From the NCBI RefSeq assembly GCF_001194135.2, contig NC_068982.1:144761239-144824688 (forward strand): DNA of 63,450 bases. The letters run 5' to 3'. The notes beneath the pieces were generated by a model. It worked only from the letters and a program-made list of their open reading frames with translations, was not told where the DNA came from and did no database searches. Each line of letters starts with the position of its first letter. Within the stretch, counting starts at the first letter, position 1. This document shows, piece after piece, positions 22,807-36,625 of the stretch. The translations under genes were made by a program, and so were the position numbers. The DNA is from Octopus bimaculoides (Eukaryota).

Positions 22807-24120
22807 TGGCCTTCACGAGGTAGAGACCCGAGTGCCACCTATTTCTTGAATTTGGAAACAATGGGCTTGTAACAACTTGCCCGTGTAGACCCGGTCTCCC
22901 CTACTTGTCTCATGTTTTATTTTATCGATTCCGGAAGGGCTAGAAGCAAAATAGACTTTGGCAGGATACGAACACAGAACGCAAAGTGTCAGGACAAATG
23001 TTGCTAGGTATTTTGTGCAACGCTCGTAACGATTCTTTCTATACAATAATATCTTTATTTTGCCACAAGGGCGATGGATGAATGAACATTACAAGGACAA
23101 ATAACAAAACAGTTGGAGAACACTATAGTGTTAGATGTTCACCTTCACCTTTCTCACCCATCACCCCTGGGCACCCCGTTCACATCACACTGAAACAACA
23201 GGGTGAAAATATCAACAACACACTAGACACAGTAGGAGTTATGGATAGACAGACATTCCAAAACACTTTGACGGAGTCTGGAAAATGTTAGAAATCTGTT
23301 ATGCATTTAGAGCGCCCGAATGTGAAGGGTGATGGTGGGATGAGGTTGATAGTTGTTGTGGGATGCAGGCGTGAAAGGGGACAAGCAATTTGTGGGGTTT
23401 CTGATGGTGTGTGTGTGTGTGTGTGTGTGTGTGTAGTTATGAGAATTAGTAGTGTAATAGACGGAAAAACAAGCGACGATGTTTGTGTGTAGATCAATGT
23501 ATTTCTTTTACATTTAAATAATAAACGTGCATGAATAATTTCATATATCTATATGTACACGCATCTATGTGTATACAACTGAACTACACATACACACACA
23601 CACGTGTGTGTGTGTGTGTGTGTGAATCTTAGTGAATGTATAATACCTAGCAACAAATGTAAGCAATCACTGTCATAAATAAACTATTAAAAGACGAAAG
23701 ATTGAAAATCAACACACCAACGAAAGAACTTTCATCTAAGTGACTGCTAGACATAGCAACCAAATCTCCTTCAAATAATACCCTTTCGTCTTAAAATATC
23801 CTATAGAGAAAAATTCAAGATAGTCACAGCAGCAATGCCCATTGATCATAGATTTACTTGATCGAAGGTAACTCGTGTCTATAGAACAACCTAAGACCAA
23901 TTATAAAAAGATTTAAAGGTACAAACAAATACACTGTCGATGCTTACTTGCATTATAGCATGATAAACACGTTCGTGTGTAAAATAACTTGCACACACGT
24001 ATACATACATACATACATATTAACAAAACACGGACAATATAATATACACACACAAATACATATACATGAGAAGGTATATGCAACCCCCCATCTCACTCTT
24101 TCCCTCTCTCATATATATTG

Positions 24121-24159
<39 letters not shown>

Positions 24160-24687
24160 CACACACACATACATACATACATATGTATATATATATATAT
24201 ATNNNNNNNNNNNNNNNNNNNNNNNNNNNNNNNNNNNNNNNNNNNNNNNNNNNNNNNNNNNNNNNNNNNNNNNNNNNNNNNNNNNNNNNNNNNNNNNNNN
24301 NNNNNNNNNNNNNNNNNNNNNNNNNNNNNNNNNNNNNNNNNNNNNNNNNNNNNNNNNNNNNNNNNNNNNNNNNNNNNNNNNNNNNNNNNNNNNNNNNNNN
24401 NNNNNNNNNNNNNNNNNNNNNNNNNNNNNNNNNNNNNNNNNNNNNNNNNNNNNNNNNNNNNNNNNNNNNNNNNNNNNNNNNNNNNNNNNNNNNNNNNNNN
24501 NNNNNNNNNNNNNNNNNNNNNNNNNNNNNNNNNNNNNNNNNNNNNNNNNNAACGCTCATGATCCTTTATCTTTTAAAGACTTCCAACAAGTGGGATGGAG
24601 GAAAGAAGTTATTCTCAAACCGAAGGCCTGATCCGAATGTTTATTGCAGAGTGAACTCCGCTAAAGGCACTAAAGGTTTCAATTTAG

Positions 24688-24966
24688 CACAAGGCCAGAA
24701 ATTTCGGGGTGGAGTAAGCAGATTACATGTCTGTCTGTCTGTCCTTGTTTGTCCCATCTTTGTAAGGCCTAAATGGCCAATCGAAATGAAATAAAGTAGA
24801 TTACATTGACCCCTGTGCTCAAGTGGTGCTTATTTTATCGGCCTTGAAGGGATGAAAGGCGAAGTCGACACCTCGGCAGCATTTGAATTCAGAACGTAAA
24901 GACGGACGAAATGTCGCCAAGCATTTTGCTCGGCGTGTTAACGATTCTGCTGGTTTACCGCCTTGC
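24688..24966 (-). mobile_element. SINE family B copy
   Basis: Family match. Confidence 0.85.
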
Positions 24967-25200
24967 TAAAGGTACTCAGATGTAGCAATGTTGAACCAAG
25001 TGACGGATTCAGTGTATCATCTAAGAACACCGAATGCAAAAGAGCCGGAACAAATATCGCAATGTATTTTGTCCAACGCTCTAGCAATTCCGCCAATCCA
25101 TTTCTCTGGGCTGGTACTTGATCAACCTCGAAAGGAAAGTAAATTTTGACTACAGAGGAATTTGAACTCTGAACGCAGAGCTGGAAACAATACCGTATGG

Positions 25201-25409
25201 TACGGGTCTCCAACCACAGGAACATGGATTATTTGGTAGCGTAGTCTGCAGAGTGGTTTTGCATTGTATAATATATAAGCATTATATATGTAATAGTTCA
25301 GTTATATATTATGCACTTTATGCTTTGTTATGTACGCGATTTCCAGGTCCGGTAAAAAATTGCCTTGCATGAAATCGGTTCGCGGTGCCAAAAGAGGATG
25401 GGGATCCTG
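25201..25409. mobile_element. hAT/Charlie-like MITE inserted in a SINE-B head
   Basis: Ends cgggtctccaacc / ggatggggatcctg; 3' part aaaaattgccttgcatgaaatcggttcgcggtgccaaaag resembles MER1-type ends; flanks rejoin as SINE-B. Confidence 0.5.
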
Positions 25410-26926
25410 CCATGGGGCATTTTGTTCTACGCGCGAACGACTGCCAAATCCGGCTTTCACATTAATGCACCTTTTTCAAACATCACAATTCACGTTCATA
25501 GTCAGATATACAAGCATACGCTGTCGTATAAAGTTACATGAACATATAAAAAAGCAAAATATACAAATACATACATAAAAACGCACCAACAATATTTACA
25601 CTAAACGACTAACATTTACAAATACTGAAACAGAATCAACGAGGGGTGGTTCTTTGCTGTCACTCGATCACTTAGCAAAAACTGTCATAATCTCTTTCAA
25701 ATAACACCCTGGTGCCTTGGGGGAAGGACATGGGGCATAATTGAAAACAGTGTCTTATATTTGCTTCTAAAACGACGAGACCGCCTTGGTTGGAATGATC
25801 TTTACCATGGGTCTGGAAATTTAGGCTGACCAATAAACAATAACAACTACAACACAAGTACATTCATATATATAATTCTAACGTATAAAACTACATGGAC
25901 GCATATACAACTGCATATCAAAACATTTTCCACAAATGACGATAATACACATTAAAAGTAAATGAAATTCCGTCGGTTTCAATGATGAGTATTCCAGTTA
26001 TTCATTAACTGAACCACCCAGTCGTCAAACTGTTGAGTAAGCGGCTGGGGTATTCGATATATTCGGTAATCCACAGGTAGAATCAGTGCGACAGTGTCAC
26101 AAGACCAACCATTTGTATTACATGTACAGATCATCCAACAGACTTCTACAGTTTCGTTTTACTCAGTTTCATTCACAAGGCTTGGGTCGAGCAGAAACTA
26201 TGGTAAAAGATATTAACCTAAAGTGTCACACAGTGGGATTGAACCTAAGACTTTCATGGTTGCAAAATGAACTTCTTAACCACTCAACCATACCTAGAAA
26301 ACACATACACATCATCTCACAAACAATAGCCACATGCATGCATACCAATACAAATACCTAGAACACGCACACAAATACAACCACCACACATCTTAATCAC
26401 TGTACACGTCAAGAAAATACTGTTACCTTAAGTCTCTTTAACATAAACAACATACAGCTAAAACCTTCGCGTTCGCTTCAAGAGCCAGGTTTCACTACGA
26501 CAGAGGACCTCATCACCCTACATCTTAAACAAAGCAAAAACCGCATCACAAACTCTGACCTTCTTCAATGACAGAAAGTGTTCCTCACTAACCACTTATA
26601 GCCAGTCCGCCTTGTCCGGAACGTCCTCCCACCAATAAGAGCCAACACTCTACATGACTATTAGGCCCTCAATGGAATATCGGTTTCTAATTTTGGCACA
26701 AAACCAGCAAGTTCAGAGAGGAGATAAGTTGATTACATAGACCTCAGTGTTCAACTGGTATTTATTTTATCGACTCCGGAACGATGTAAAGCAAAGTGAA
26801 CCTCGGCGGAAATTGAACTCAGAGCGTAAGGACGAACGAAATGCTGGTAAGCATTTTACTCGGCGCGGTAACGATTCCGCCTACCGTCAATGGAATATTC
26901 CACCCACATCTGGAGCAGTGCAGTTG

Positions 26927-26981
<55 letters not shown>

Positions 26982-29111
26982 NNNNNNNNNNNNNNNNNNN
27001 NNNNNNNNNNNNNNNNNNNNNNNNNNNNNNNNNNNNNNNNNNNNNNNNNNNNNNNNNNNNNNNNNNNNNNNNNNNNNNNNNNNNNNNNNNNNNNNNNNNN
27101 NNNNNNNNNNNNNNNNNNNNNNNNNNNNNNNNNNNNNNNNNNNNNNNNNNNNNNNNNNNNNNNNNNNNNNNNNNNNNNNNNNNNNNNNNNNNNNNNNNNN
27201 NNNNNNNNNNNNNNNNNNNNNNNNNNNNNNNNNNNNNNNNNNNNNNNNNNNNNNNNNNNNNNNNNNNNNNNNNNNNNNNNNNNNNNNNNNNNNNNNNNNN
27301 NNNNNNNNNNNNNNNNNNNNNNNNNNNNNNNNTGAGGGCTAAGGTCACTGTTCTTTATCTCAGGCAAAATCGATAAAAAAAAAAAAACCCCAGAAAATCA
27401 CTAACACACATTTGAGATCGCGGCCAAATTTCACCCAAACCATATTCTATCATTTTTTCAAAGTCTGACTGATCTCACCCTTTCACACACACACGAGATC
27501 ACATTAAAAAAACCAGATTATATATATATATGTGTGTGTGTGTGAGGGGGGGGGGGCGAGAAAGAGATAGTAGCCGAATTTCTTTAAATAACACACTGCG
27601 GTTTCAAAGAAAGATATATTGCTGTTGCAGTTCTAAATACAATGATCAGGAAAAGACTGAGAATGCCTTTTATAAGCCCCACATCCAGTGCTGCATACCA
27701 ACAAAGTTGTTTAATCCTAGATTAACCTCCGTCGAGTAGACTTTTAATCAAACGTGTTCTGGAGCCTTTTATCCTTTCATAAATAATGTATCGAGGGCTA
27801 CATAAAACAGCAAGTCCTTTTGTCCCCCCCCTTTTTTTTAAAGAAGGTAGAGTGCGATTTCTAACTGGTTGAGTGACCCTTGAAAAGTTCCCTCATCAGT
27901 TATACAGTGGGTGCTGTCTCTACTTAGAGTGATGATAGTTCCAACCCTATTGAAATTTAAGTGATTTTGCAACAGACCCGACAATGCAATTGCCAATGTA
28001 AGAATTAGAAACTGCTGTCATTTTGTCCAGAAGAGCAGAAAATTAGACAAAATGCTGCATTTAATTACAACTCCTTTACATTCCGAGTTCGACTCTGCCT
28101 TTAATAAAGTACCAGTCAAGAACTGGGCTCGAAATAATATTCCTTCCAAGCATTTAGATACGAAGAAAATGAAAATAGAAGACGAAAACAACACCGGCAC
28201 TCGCCTACTTTTTTTTTTTTAAGGGTACATACACTAAATTTGAACATACAGATATAGACACGTAATAAAGAAAGCACAAACATACCACTAAAACGTTTTT
28301 TATTCATGTATACATACACCCATGCCATTACTTTAAATTAAAAAATGAGGATTTAAAAAAAAACAAAGATTCTAATATACATACACTGGGTTTACATATA
28401 CATATTCAACTTGCTTGACATAAGTCAACAATGAAATATCCAATAAATAATTCGTTTGAAGCTGGTGATTCAGACAATACTCAGAGTTTCTTGTTAGTGT
28501 GTGTTCCTTCATGCTGTAGACTACAAGCCTGTATAGGTTGTATTGAAATCAAATAATAGAGGTTTTAATGTCGGGTACGGACACTACTCAACGTTAAATG
28601 CAACAATCGATATAATCACTGTGCAATATGTATTATTTGTGGAGGCCCCGGGGAAACAAACTGAAGGGCTTCCTCGGGCGGCACTCACTAGCTACACCAA
28701 TGATGCGTGTGTTCGTAAACATAAAACCGACAATATATACAATATCCCAATTAGAGTTTTTTAAATGCAATATTGCAATGATTGAAGCTGATAACTAGAA
28801 ATGTAAAGACTTGGGACAATTTCATTATCGTGTTTACAATTTTTTTCAATCAACGAAGTTAAACCATTTTTTTAAATGATTGTTGTTTTTCTATTTATTT
28901 GGATGAGTGCAGGCTGAATTCACTGACTCTAATACTTAACTATTAGCATTTCAATCACAAGTACAGAATTCTTTTAGATTGGAACTGGTTAATTCTTTGA
29001 GAAATCAGTGAAAGAACTTCTAAGTGGTCCTCCAACCTGCTAGAAGTAACTAAAATCACCTTCAAATCGCACCCCATTGTCTTAAGAACGGACAGGATAA
29101 TTTGGATGGAG

Positions 29112-30561
29112 TAGTCATCAAGGTCAATATAAATATCCTCACACGGGAAGAAAAAACAAAAAAAAAACAAAAACAAATTAACCAGCCGGGGTGTGTTAAC
29201 AAGTGTGTGGGAAACGAATATGAAAAAAAATGCGCGCTGACAACCCTGGGCGGGGAGGGGCTTTCGGAAAATTCACAAGATCCGATTTTTCCATCATAAA
29301 TTCGGGTAAAATGGATATAAATTAATTTTTTTAAAACGGAATCCCACGTTTTTGGTTATGGAGGATCCGATTCTGAGAGAAAAAAAATTTTTTTTTCAAA
29401 AATCGCATTTTCAAAATTTCATTATGTTATCGCAGTTTTGTGAGGTCTAGCTGTTATTTCTAGCATGTGGATAACTTGCTTGAAGGCCTGAGGGTATCTC
29501 TTTTACTCGTTTCAGCCATGACTGCGGCCATGCTGGAGCATCGCCTTTATTGTCGAGCAAAATCGACCCCAGAGCTTATTTTTTGTAAGCCTAGTACTTA
29601 TTCTATCGGTCTCTTTTGCTGAAAGCTAGGTTACGTGGACGTAAACACACCAGCATCGGTTGTCAAACGATGTTGGGGAGACAAACAGACACACAAACAT
29701 ATACACATATATACGACGGGCCTCTTCCAGCTTCCGTCCACCGTATCCACTCACAAGGCCTTGGTCAGCCCGAGGCTATAGTAGAAGACACTTGCCCAAT
29801 GTGTCACGCAGTGGGACTGAACCCGGGATCATGTGGTTGGTAAGCAAGCTATTTACCACACAGCCACTCCTGCGTCTATATATTCTTTTTATTTTTCTTG
29901 TTGAAATATTGAAATTTTACAAATTTTTTTCAGAATCGTATTCTTCGTATTTTACTTCGTATTACGCAGAAGAAAAAAAAAAAATTCTAGAAAAAATGAA
30001 AAGTGAAGGGAGGGTAGACGGTAGGGTAGGGTGGGGGTTGAAATTTTGAAAATGCGATTTTTGAAAATTTTTTTTCNNNNNNNNNNNNNNNNNNNNNNNN
30101 NNNNNNNNNNNNNNNNNNNNNNNNNNNNNNNNNNNNNNNNNNNNNNNNNNNNNNNNNNNNNNNNNNNNNNNNNNNNNNNNNNNNNNNNNNNNNNNNNNNN
30201 NNNNNNNNNNNNNNNNNNNNNNNNNNNNNNNNNNNNNNNNNNNNNNNNNNNNNNNNNNNNNNNNNNNNNNNNNNNNNNNNNNNNNNNNNNNNNNNNNNNN
30301 NNNNNNNNNNNNNNNNNNNNNNNNNNNNNNNNNNNNNNNNNNNNNNNNNNNNNNNNNNNNNNNNNCTATCCATTTTACCTGAAGTTATGCCGGAAAAATC
30401 GAATCTTGTGAATTTTCCGAAAGTCCCCTCCCCACCCCCAGGGTCGTCGGCGCGCATTTTTTTCATACTCGTTTTCCATATACTTGTTAACATCTCCCAG
30501 GCTGGTTAATTTTCTTTTTTTTTTACTCGGGTCAAGGTCTTTATATTGACCGTCTTTGATA
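29112..30561. mobile_element. Foldback-type element with ~310-bp inverted arms; SINE-A in the spacer
   Basis: 29122-29422 is the reverse complement of 30039-30551 (interrupted by N gap). Confidence 0.8.
29495..29878 (-). mobile_element. SINE family A, full length
   Basis: Family match. Confidence 0.92.
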
Positions 30562-30835
30562 GTGTATGGGAAAAAAAAAAAAAAGTGGACTGGTCACGGT
30601 TAAAATGTCTTTGATAATATATTTACTACACCAGGGGTGACCTGGGTTTAAACTACGTTAATATCCGAATTTGTTAATAATATCTGTGATTACATTTCTT
30701 CCAGAAAGCGACAATAACTTATAACAAGTTTAATGTCAATGCAAGTAAGTCCTTATTTGGAATTATTTTGTTGGGGTGGAACTATAAAACTTAAATTTTC
30801 GTAAGTACATTCTCCAACCCACACATACACGAATT

Positions 30836-30867
<32 letters not shown>

Positions 30868-31279
30868 CACACACGAACATTTTAAAATGTTCATTTTTTA
30901 AAAAAGAAAGTTTGCATGTACGTACATGATGAGCTCCAATGGAAATATGCTTGCAAGTTATATCCTTGATAAATGATATAGAATTATATGTAATGATTTA
31001 TGTAATTAAATCTGTCTACATGTGTGTGTGTGTGAAATATTTTAATATCAAGCGGCGTGCGTGTGTGTGTGTGTGCACGAGCGCACTTAAGCGATATACA
31101 AGTGCATAATCATGATAAAAGAATATGAAATAACTTCATATATCAACATGTTTCATACACATACATTTAAGCATTCATCGTTTTGTCTCAACAACAAACG
31201 TACAAAACCAAGACACAGGAACGAAGAAGCAATGAAATAAATGACAAGCTTTAAAATGAATAAACAAGTTTTATTGAAT

Positions 31280-31332
<53 letters not shown>

Positions 31333-32135
31333 CATATATATATACACACACACACATATACACACACACACATACACACATATACACACACACACATACA
31401 CACACACACACACACACACATACACACANNNNNNNNNNNNNNNNNNNNNNNNTATATATATATGCATACATATGCCACGATATGAGTTGTTCAATGTTAA
31501 CGTAAGTTGTCATTAAACTTTTTCGATGAGATAGAGTGCTCAATAATCGAAAGTAGACTTAAAATTGATATTAATTTTAACATTCGCACTTCCGCGTGTA
31601 TATCACAGCAGGGATATTAGATTACATTATATGAATAAATATTTGTATCACTGACTTATAAGTTCAGTCTGAATGCAGCGCAGTTTTTCATTTCTAATCC
31701 TATAATATATAGCAATTTCACACATGCATCAACACGTAGAAGAAATGCCTCAACATTACACCCCCATTTTACCCACCCTGAAAGCAATAGGGCTGATTAC
31801 CCATTGAGGGATAGTTTATGTTTTATGAAAAGATGCCATATATTGTGATAAATATTGACTTCTGATTTAGATTCACGGCTACAAATTAAGCGGGAATTGA
31901 AACACTGTCGCAATCTCAATTTGCTGTGAGTTTAGCTCATGCGCTGCAGGGCTCCCCAATGATCTATCTATCTACGTACGTATGTGTGTGGTGTTCGAGT
32001 GTTAAAAGAAAGTGGGAAAGAGTTAATTAGAAACAAACGTCAACAGAAAAAAAATATTGATTAGATTAGTTGTTCAAATATAGGAGAAAAGTTATGTATA
32101 AAAAAATCAGACAAATAATAATAATAAATGTTTGC

Positions 32136-32462
32136 TCTTACCTGTGAAATTTCTCCGAAATTCTATTCTGACCCAATTAAACACCACATGAACAATAACA
32201 GAAAATTTTTAAAAGTGACGTGAATAAAGAGGAGCAGGACACTTTGCTTAATAAAAGTGCTTCCGTTTCTTTTCCTTTTTAATAAACACTTATTTCGTTT
32301 GGTAGTCCAATAAAAACAACATACGAGCCTTTTCACGTGTCCAGTATTTTTCTTTGTCTATCTTTTTCTTTCCTTTCCTTTTCTCTTTCTTTAGTTTATC
32401 CTTCTTTTCTACTGTTCACAAATGTAAATTAATAAAAAAAATCATAGAGATTATATATAAAT

Positions 32463-32493
<31 letters not shown>

Positions 32494-32785
32494 TACAATC
32501 ACGACGGAATGTGATAAATGTCCCGTCCCATCAGCTGTTAGGCAGTCAGTAAGAAAACCACTAGCTCGAAGTAATAATAAATAAAAAGAAAAAGATCAGA
32601 CTAACCACTTGGTCTAGAAAGAATATTTAAAGTTTTCGGAGGACGGATTGGGATAGTGTGTTTAGTGTAGTGACAGTTCTTACAAAAAACTTGACCACTG
32701 TGATGAAACTTTTTCTTTAGTATAAAAAAGAGAAGTTCGATTGGTTGAAAACTTGTCGTAAACTACCCGACCGACAAGGGTAAGT
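32136..32785. promoter_or_regulatory. Possible divergent promoter with outward-facing splice donors
   Basis: CAG|GTAAGA donor on minus (32142), AGG|GTAAGT on plus (32779), TATAAAAA 32721, ATTGG x2, TGACGT, CTTCCG, CACGTG; SINE-free island. Confidence 0.3.
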
Positions 32786-33251
32786 CAAAACAATCTACTG
32801 TTTGTGACTGCCTTTCGCTTCCCACCCACAATCTCTTCCGCTCTTCTCCACTCTCTCATTCTTTCTTTACTTCTCTATTCTGTGTCGTTACTTCTTTTAT
32901 TTTATTTCTCCCTTTCGCTTTCTTTTCTTGCCTTTTCCTCTCTATCTCTCATCTCCTTTATTTCTTCTGCTTTCGCCCTACATTAAATACACGCGCGCTC
33001 ACACACATATATATCTTGTTTTTTACTTGTTTCAGACATTGGACTGTGGCCATGCTGGGGCACAGCCTCGAAGTGTTTAGTCAAAGGTTAACTGCATCCT
33101 GCAGGAGTTTCTGAATGGTACGCCTCATCAAAAATTACCTTGAACTTTTTAACTATGCGGGCCACGTCTCATGCGGTCCGCTTCTCGGAAAGGGTTGACC
33201 ATGCCTAGTTTAAACAAACATATCGACCCCAGGACTTTTTGGGACGTTAAT

Positions 33252-33745
33252 GCAGATTCGCACTTTACATTGAAAAATGCATTTTTCTGAAAAAGTTTAT
33301 TCGGTTTCCTAGGTTTTACTTGTCGGAGAATATGAATATGCAAAAAAAAAAAAAAAAAAAAAAAAATCAAAATTTTAACTCCATCTCAACCTACCGCCAC
33401 CCCCAATTTTAAATATATAGTGTTGTATATTAAAGTGTGGAAATTTCACTGAAGGAGATATGTAACAGAAGACTACGGGGATTTTAACAATACCGAAACA
33501 ACAGTTTCTGCAATTTAGCCTAAATGAATATAAAAAGTGCACTTTACATACCTACTTTAATGAAATTTTCACACTTCAATATACAACAATACATTTAAAA
33601 ATGGGGTGGGGGGTTTAGGTTGGGAGGTGGTTAAAATTAAGTTTTTTTTTTTTTTGTATATTCGTTATCTCTAATATGTAAAACCTAGGAATCCGAATAA
33701 ACTTTTTCAGAAAATTACATTTTTGAAGGTGAGGTGCGAATCTGC
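33252..33745. mobile_element. Foldback/MITE with ~200-bp inverted arms, inserted in a SINE-A 3' half
   Basis: gcagattcgcac..ttctgaaaaagtttattcgg.. mirrored at right end; flanks (33025-33250, 33750-33790) are SINE-A. Confidence 0.85.
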
Positions 33746-33795
33746 CACTTTTTTCTTTTAAGCCAGGCACTTATTATTTCGGTTTATTCAGGTAC

Positions 33796-33838
<43 letters not shown>

Positions 33839-34365
33839 AGTGCGTATGTGTGCGCGCGCGTGTGTGTACGATTATTTGTATTATAACGTATGGATTCAGA
33901 GAATCATATGGCTATGACAGAAGGCTCCTCTAACGGACTAGGTTATCAGACCATAGTGATTCAATACAGAGAAGTGTAATGCAGTGTCCATGCAACTGAA
34001 ATCCAAAAGATCCGATCATGAAATTTTATCATGAGAAGTATATAAGCCATAAAAAGTTAGGAGGTATGAGAGATAAATATATTTATTTCATCCTTACGGT
34101 TACAGCCGTTTCGCAACCTTCTTAATGTAGTAATAATTTCAGTGTGCAATAAAATTATGTTTACATGTTTGCGTTAATATGCATGCCATACATTATACTA
34201 TACAATTGTAGATTCGCAAATCAATGCAAATAAAGAAAGCTAGCGCATCAAATCACCAAAGCATCATGGTTACACCAACGATTCAACTAAAAACAGCCGT
34301 AACCCTAAGGAGGATAAGTGGTTAAATAAATATACTCATCTCTCGTACCTCCTGACTTTTTATGG

Positions 34366-34408
<43 letters not shown>

Positions 34409-34454
34409 GTGTGTGTGTGTATATATATATGTGTGTGTGTGTGTATGTATGTAT

Positions 34455-34918
34455 ACGTGGAACTCCGTCGGTTACGACCACGAGGGTTCCAGTTGATCCG
34501 ACCAACGGAACAGCCTGCTCGTGAAATTAACGTGTAAGTGGCTGAGCACGCCACAGACACGTGTACCCTTAACGTAGTTCTCNNNNNNNNNNCAGCCTGC
34601 TCGTGAAATTAACGTGTAAGTGGCTGAGCACGCCACAGACACGTGTACCCTTAACGTAGTTCTCGGGGAGATTCAGCGTGACACAGTGTATGACAAAGGT
34701 GGCCTTTTTGAAATACAAGTATAACAGAAACAGGAAGAAAGAGCGCGAGAAAGTTGTGGCGAAAAAGTACAGCAGGGTTCGCCACCAACTCCTACTGGAG
34801 CCTCGTGGAGCTTTAGGTGTTTTCGCTCAATAAACACTCACAACGACCGGTCTGGGAATCGAAACCACGATTCCACGAGCGCGAGTCCGCTGCCCTAACC
34901 ATTAGACCATTGCGCCTC
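34455..34918 (-). mobile_element. SINE family D variant (different middle segment)
   Basis: Head GGAGGCGCAATGGTCTAATGGTTAGG..GGTTTCGATTCCC; same tail as 19910-20230. Confidence 0.85.
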
Positions 34919-34990
34919 CACACACACACAGAGGATCGTTTGTAAGAAACAAATCCGAAAGAAGCACACTCTAAGATGTAGAGCAAAGCA

Positions 34991-35186
34991 TATTACAAAT
35001 GGGGAAGGCTGGTTTATAGGATTAAGAGGTCATGGGCCAACCTGTTAGCCCATGCCCTCTTAAAATATTTTTAAGAGGTCATGAGTCAACAGGTTTTGGG
35101 GATCTTACGATACGCCATAAAGCTAAATCCTTTATAGGCAGGAAACCTAAGGTAACCCCATAAACCGGCCTTCCCCATTTTTAATA
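34991..35186. mobile_element. MITE with ~30-bp TIRs
   Basis: aaatggggaaggctggtttatagg / cccataaaccggccttccccattt; similar start at ~54675. Confidence 0.65.
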
Positions 35187-35634
35187 TATATATATATATA
35201 TATATACGTATATACATAAGTATATATACTTCTCTATACATACAGGAATATACATACAATACATACCCACATACAGGCACACACATGCGTATATATGTGT
35301 GTGTGCGCGCAGGGACGGACCCAAGGAAGGGTACTGAGGGGTACGTGCCCCTCTCAAGAAAAGAAGTGCGCCCTTCTAAATAATGTTATTACGCCCTTTT
35401 CTTCTAGAATTGTATTCCCTTCTGACTGTGCCCTCCTTTCGAAAAATTCCTCGGAACGCGCCTGGTGTATGTGTGTTTGTCAGAGGGGGGGGGGAGAAAG
35501 CGAGAGAGAGAAATTATTAAAATGACTCCAGTGCGGACAGTCAGATGCTTGATTCCTTAGTTATCAGAAGTTTACACATCAACAGGTGATCAACCATACT
35601 GAATGTTCGTGGGAGGAGAGAAAGACAGAGTAAG

Positions 35635-35668
<34 letters not shown>

Positions 35669-36554
35669 TATTATATCGGTTACATTTATTTCATCGAGTA
35701 CGATAATATTAGTCAGACCCGGTTTCGAGTCTAGTTGGGACCGTGTATTTACCTTTGTCTATGAAGAGAGATATAGCTTATATCTATTTACAACCACTAA
35801 ATGCCGCAAAGTAAAGTCATGATGTTTAGTGGATGTAAAGAACTATGCGATATCTTTTTCTGTGGACTGAATGGGTGCGTGGTCTCTTCTGAGATCCCAA
35901 ACGGAATCGAAACCAGAGAAAAAAAATCCTCGTTTTCTCTCCATGGAGAGGTAAAAGAAGACATTTATTTATTTTAGTCTAAGTATATTCAATAATTCAC
36001 AGTTACACACACACATACACTCTCATGCACAAGGGTAGTTGTGTGTTTGAAAATCTTGCTTCTCAACCATGTGCTCTTAGGTTCAGTCCCACTGCTTGGA
36101 ACCATTGGCGAGTGTCTTCTATAGATCTCGGCCTACCAAACCCTGGTGTGTGGATCTTGTAGACGGAAACTGAAAGAAACTCGCACATATATTTATGTAT
36201 ATGTATGTATATATATATACATCTGTGTGTCTTTGTGTTTTGTTTGTCCCCACCCAGTGATGTCCAAGCTACACTTAAGATATATAAATGACTACAATTA
36301 ACAAATCAAATTCCAATCTCTCATTCTGAGAAGTGGATGGTAAGTGGGTCCATGTCTGTGATATATATGTACCCAATATCAAAATTAATTTGATTTTTAA
36401 AAGTGCAAGCACTGGCTACAGCATCAAGAATCGCTCAGGAATGGTATGTTATTTATTGATCTAGGGTACACCCGCTTCCCTGCCGGTTCTCACAAAACTA
36501 AAAGATTAAAATAAAAAAATTTAAGTTGCTCTATATATATGTGTGTGTGTGCTA

Positions 36555-36623
<69 letters not shown>

Positions 36624-36625
36624 CT
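36555..36625. repeat. (TATC)n microsatellite
   Basis: Direct reading. Confidence 0.97.

Larger units (their letters stand above)
20519..22901 (-). mobile_element. Non-autonomous pogo-like (IS630-Tc1-mariner) DNA transposon
   Basis: TIRs ggggagaccgagtcta / tagacccggtctcccc, TA target duplication (20517-18, 22902-03), repeated ttgtaacaa subterminal motifs. Confidence 0.88.
20461..23035 (-). mobile_element. SINE family B split by transposon insertion (halves 20461-20518 and 22902-23035)
   Basis: Joined flanks ..tcaacctcagTActtg..tttattttatcgattccggaagg.. reconstitute the B core. Confidence 0.7.

Noticed and set aside
34511-34662. 70-bp duplication around a 10-N gap
   Set aside because: Gap-closing artefact
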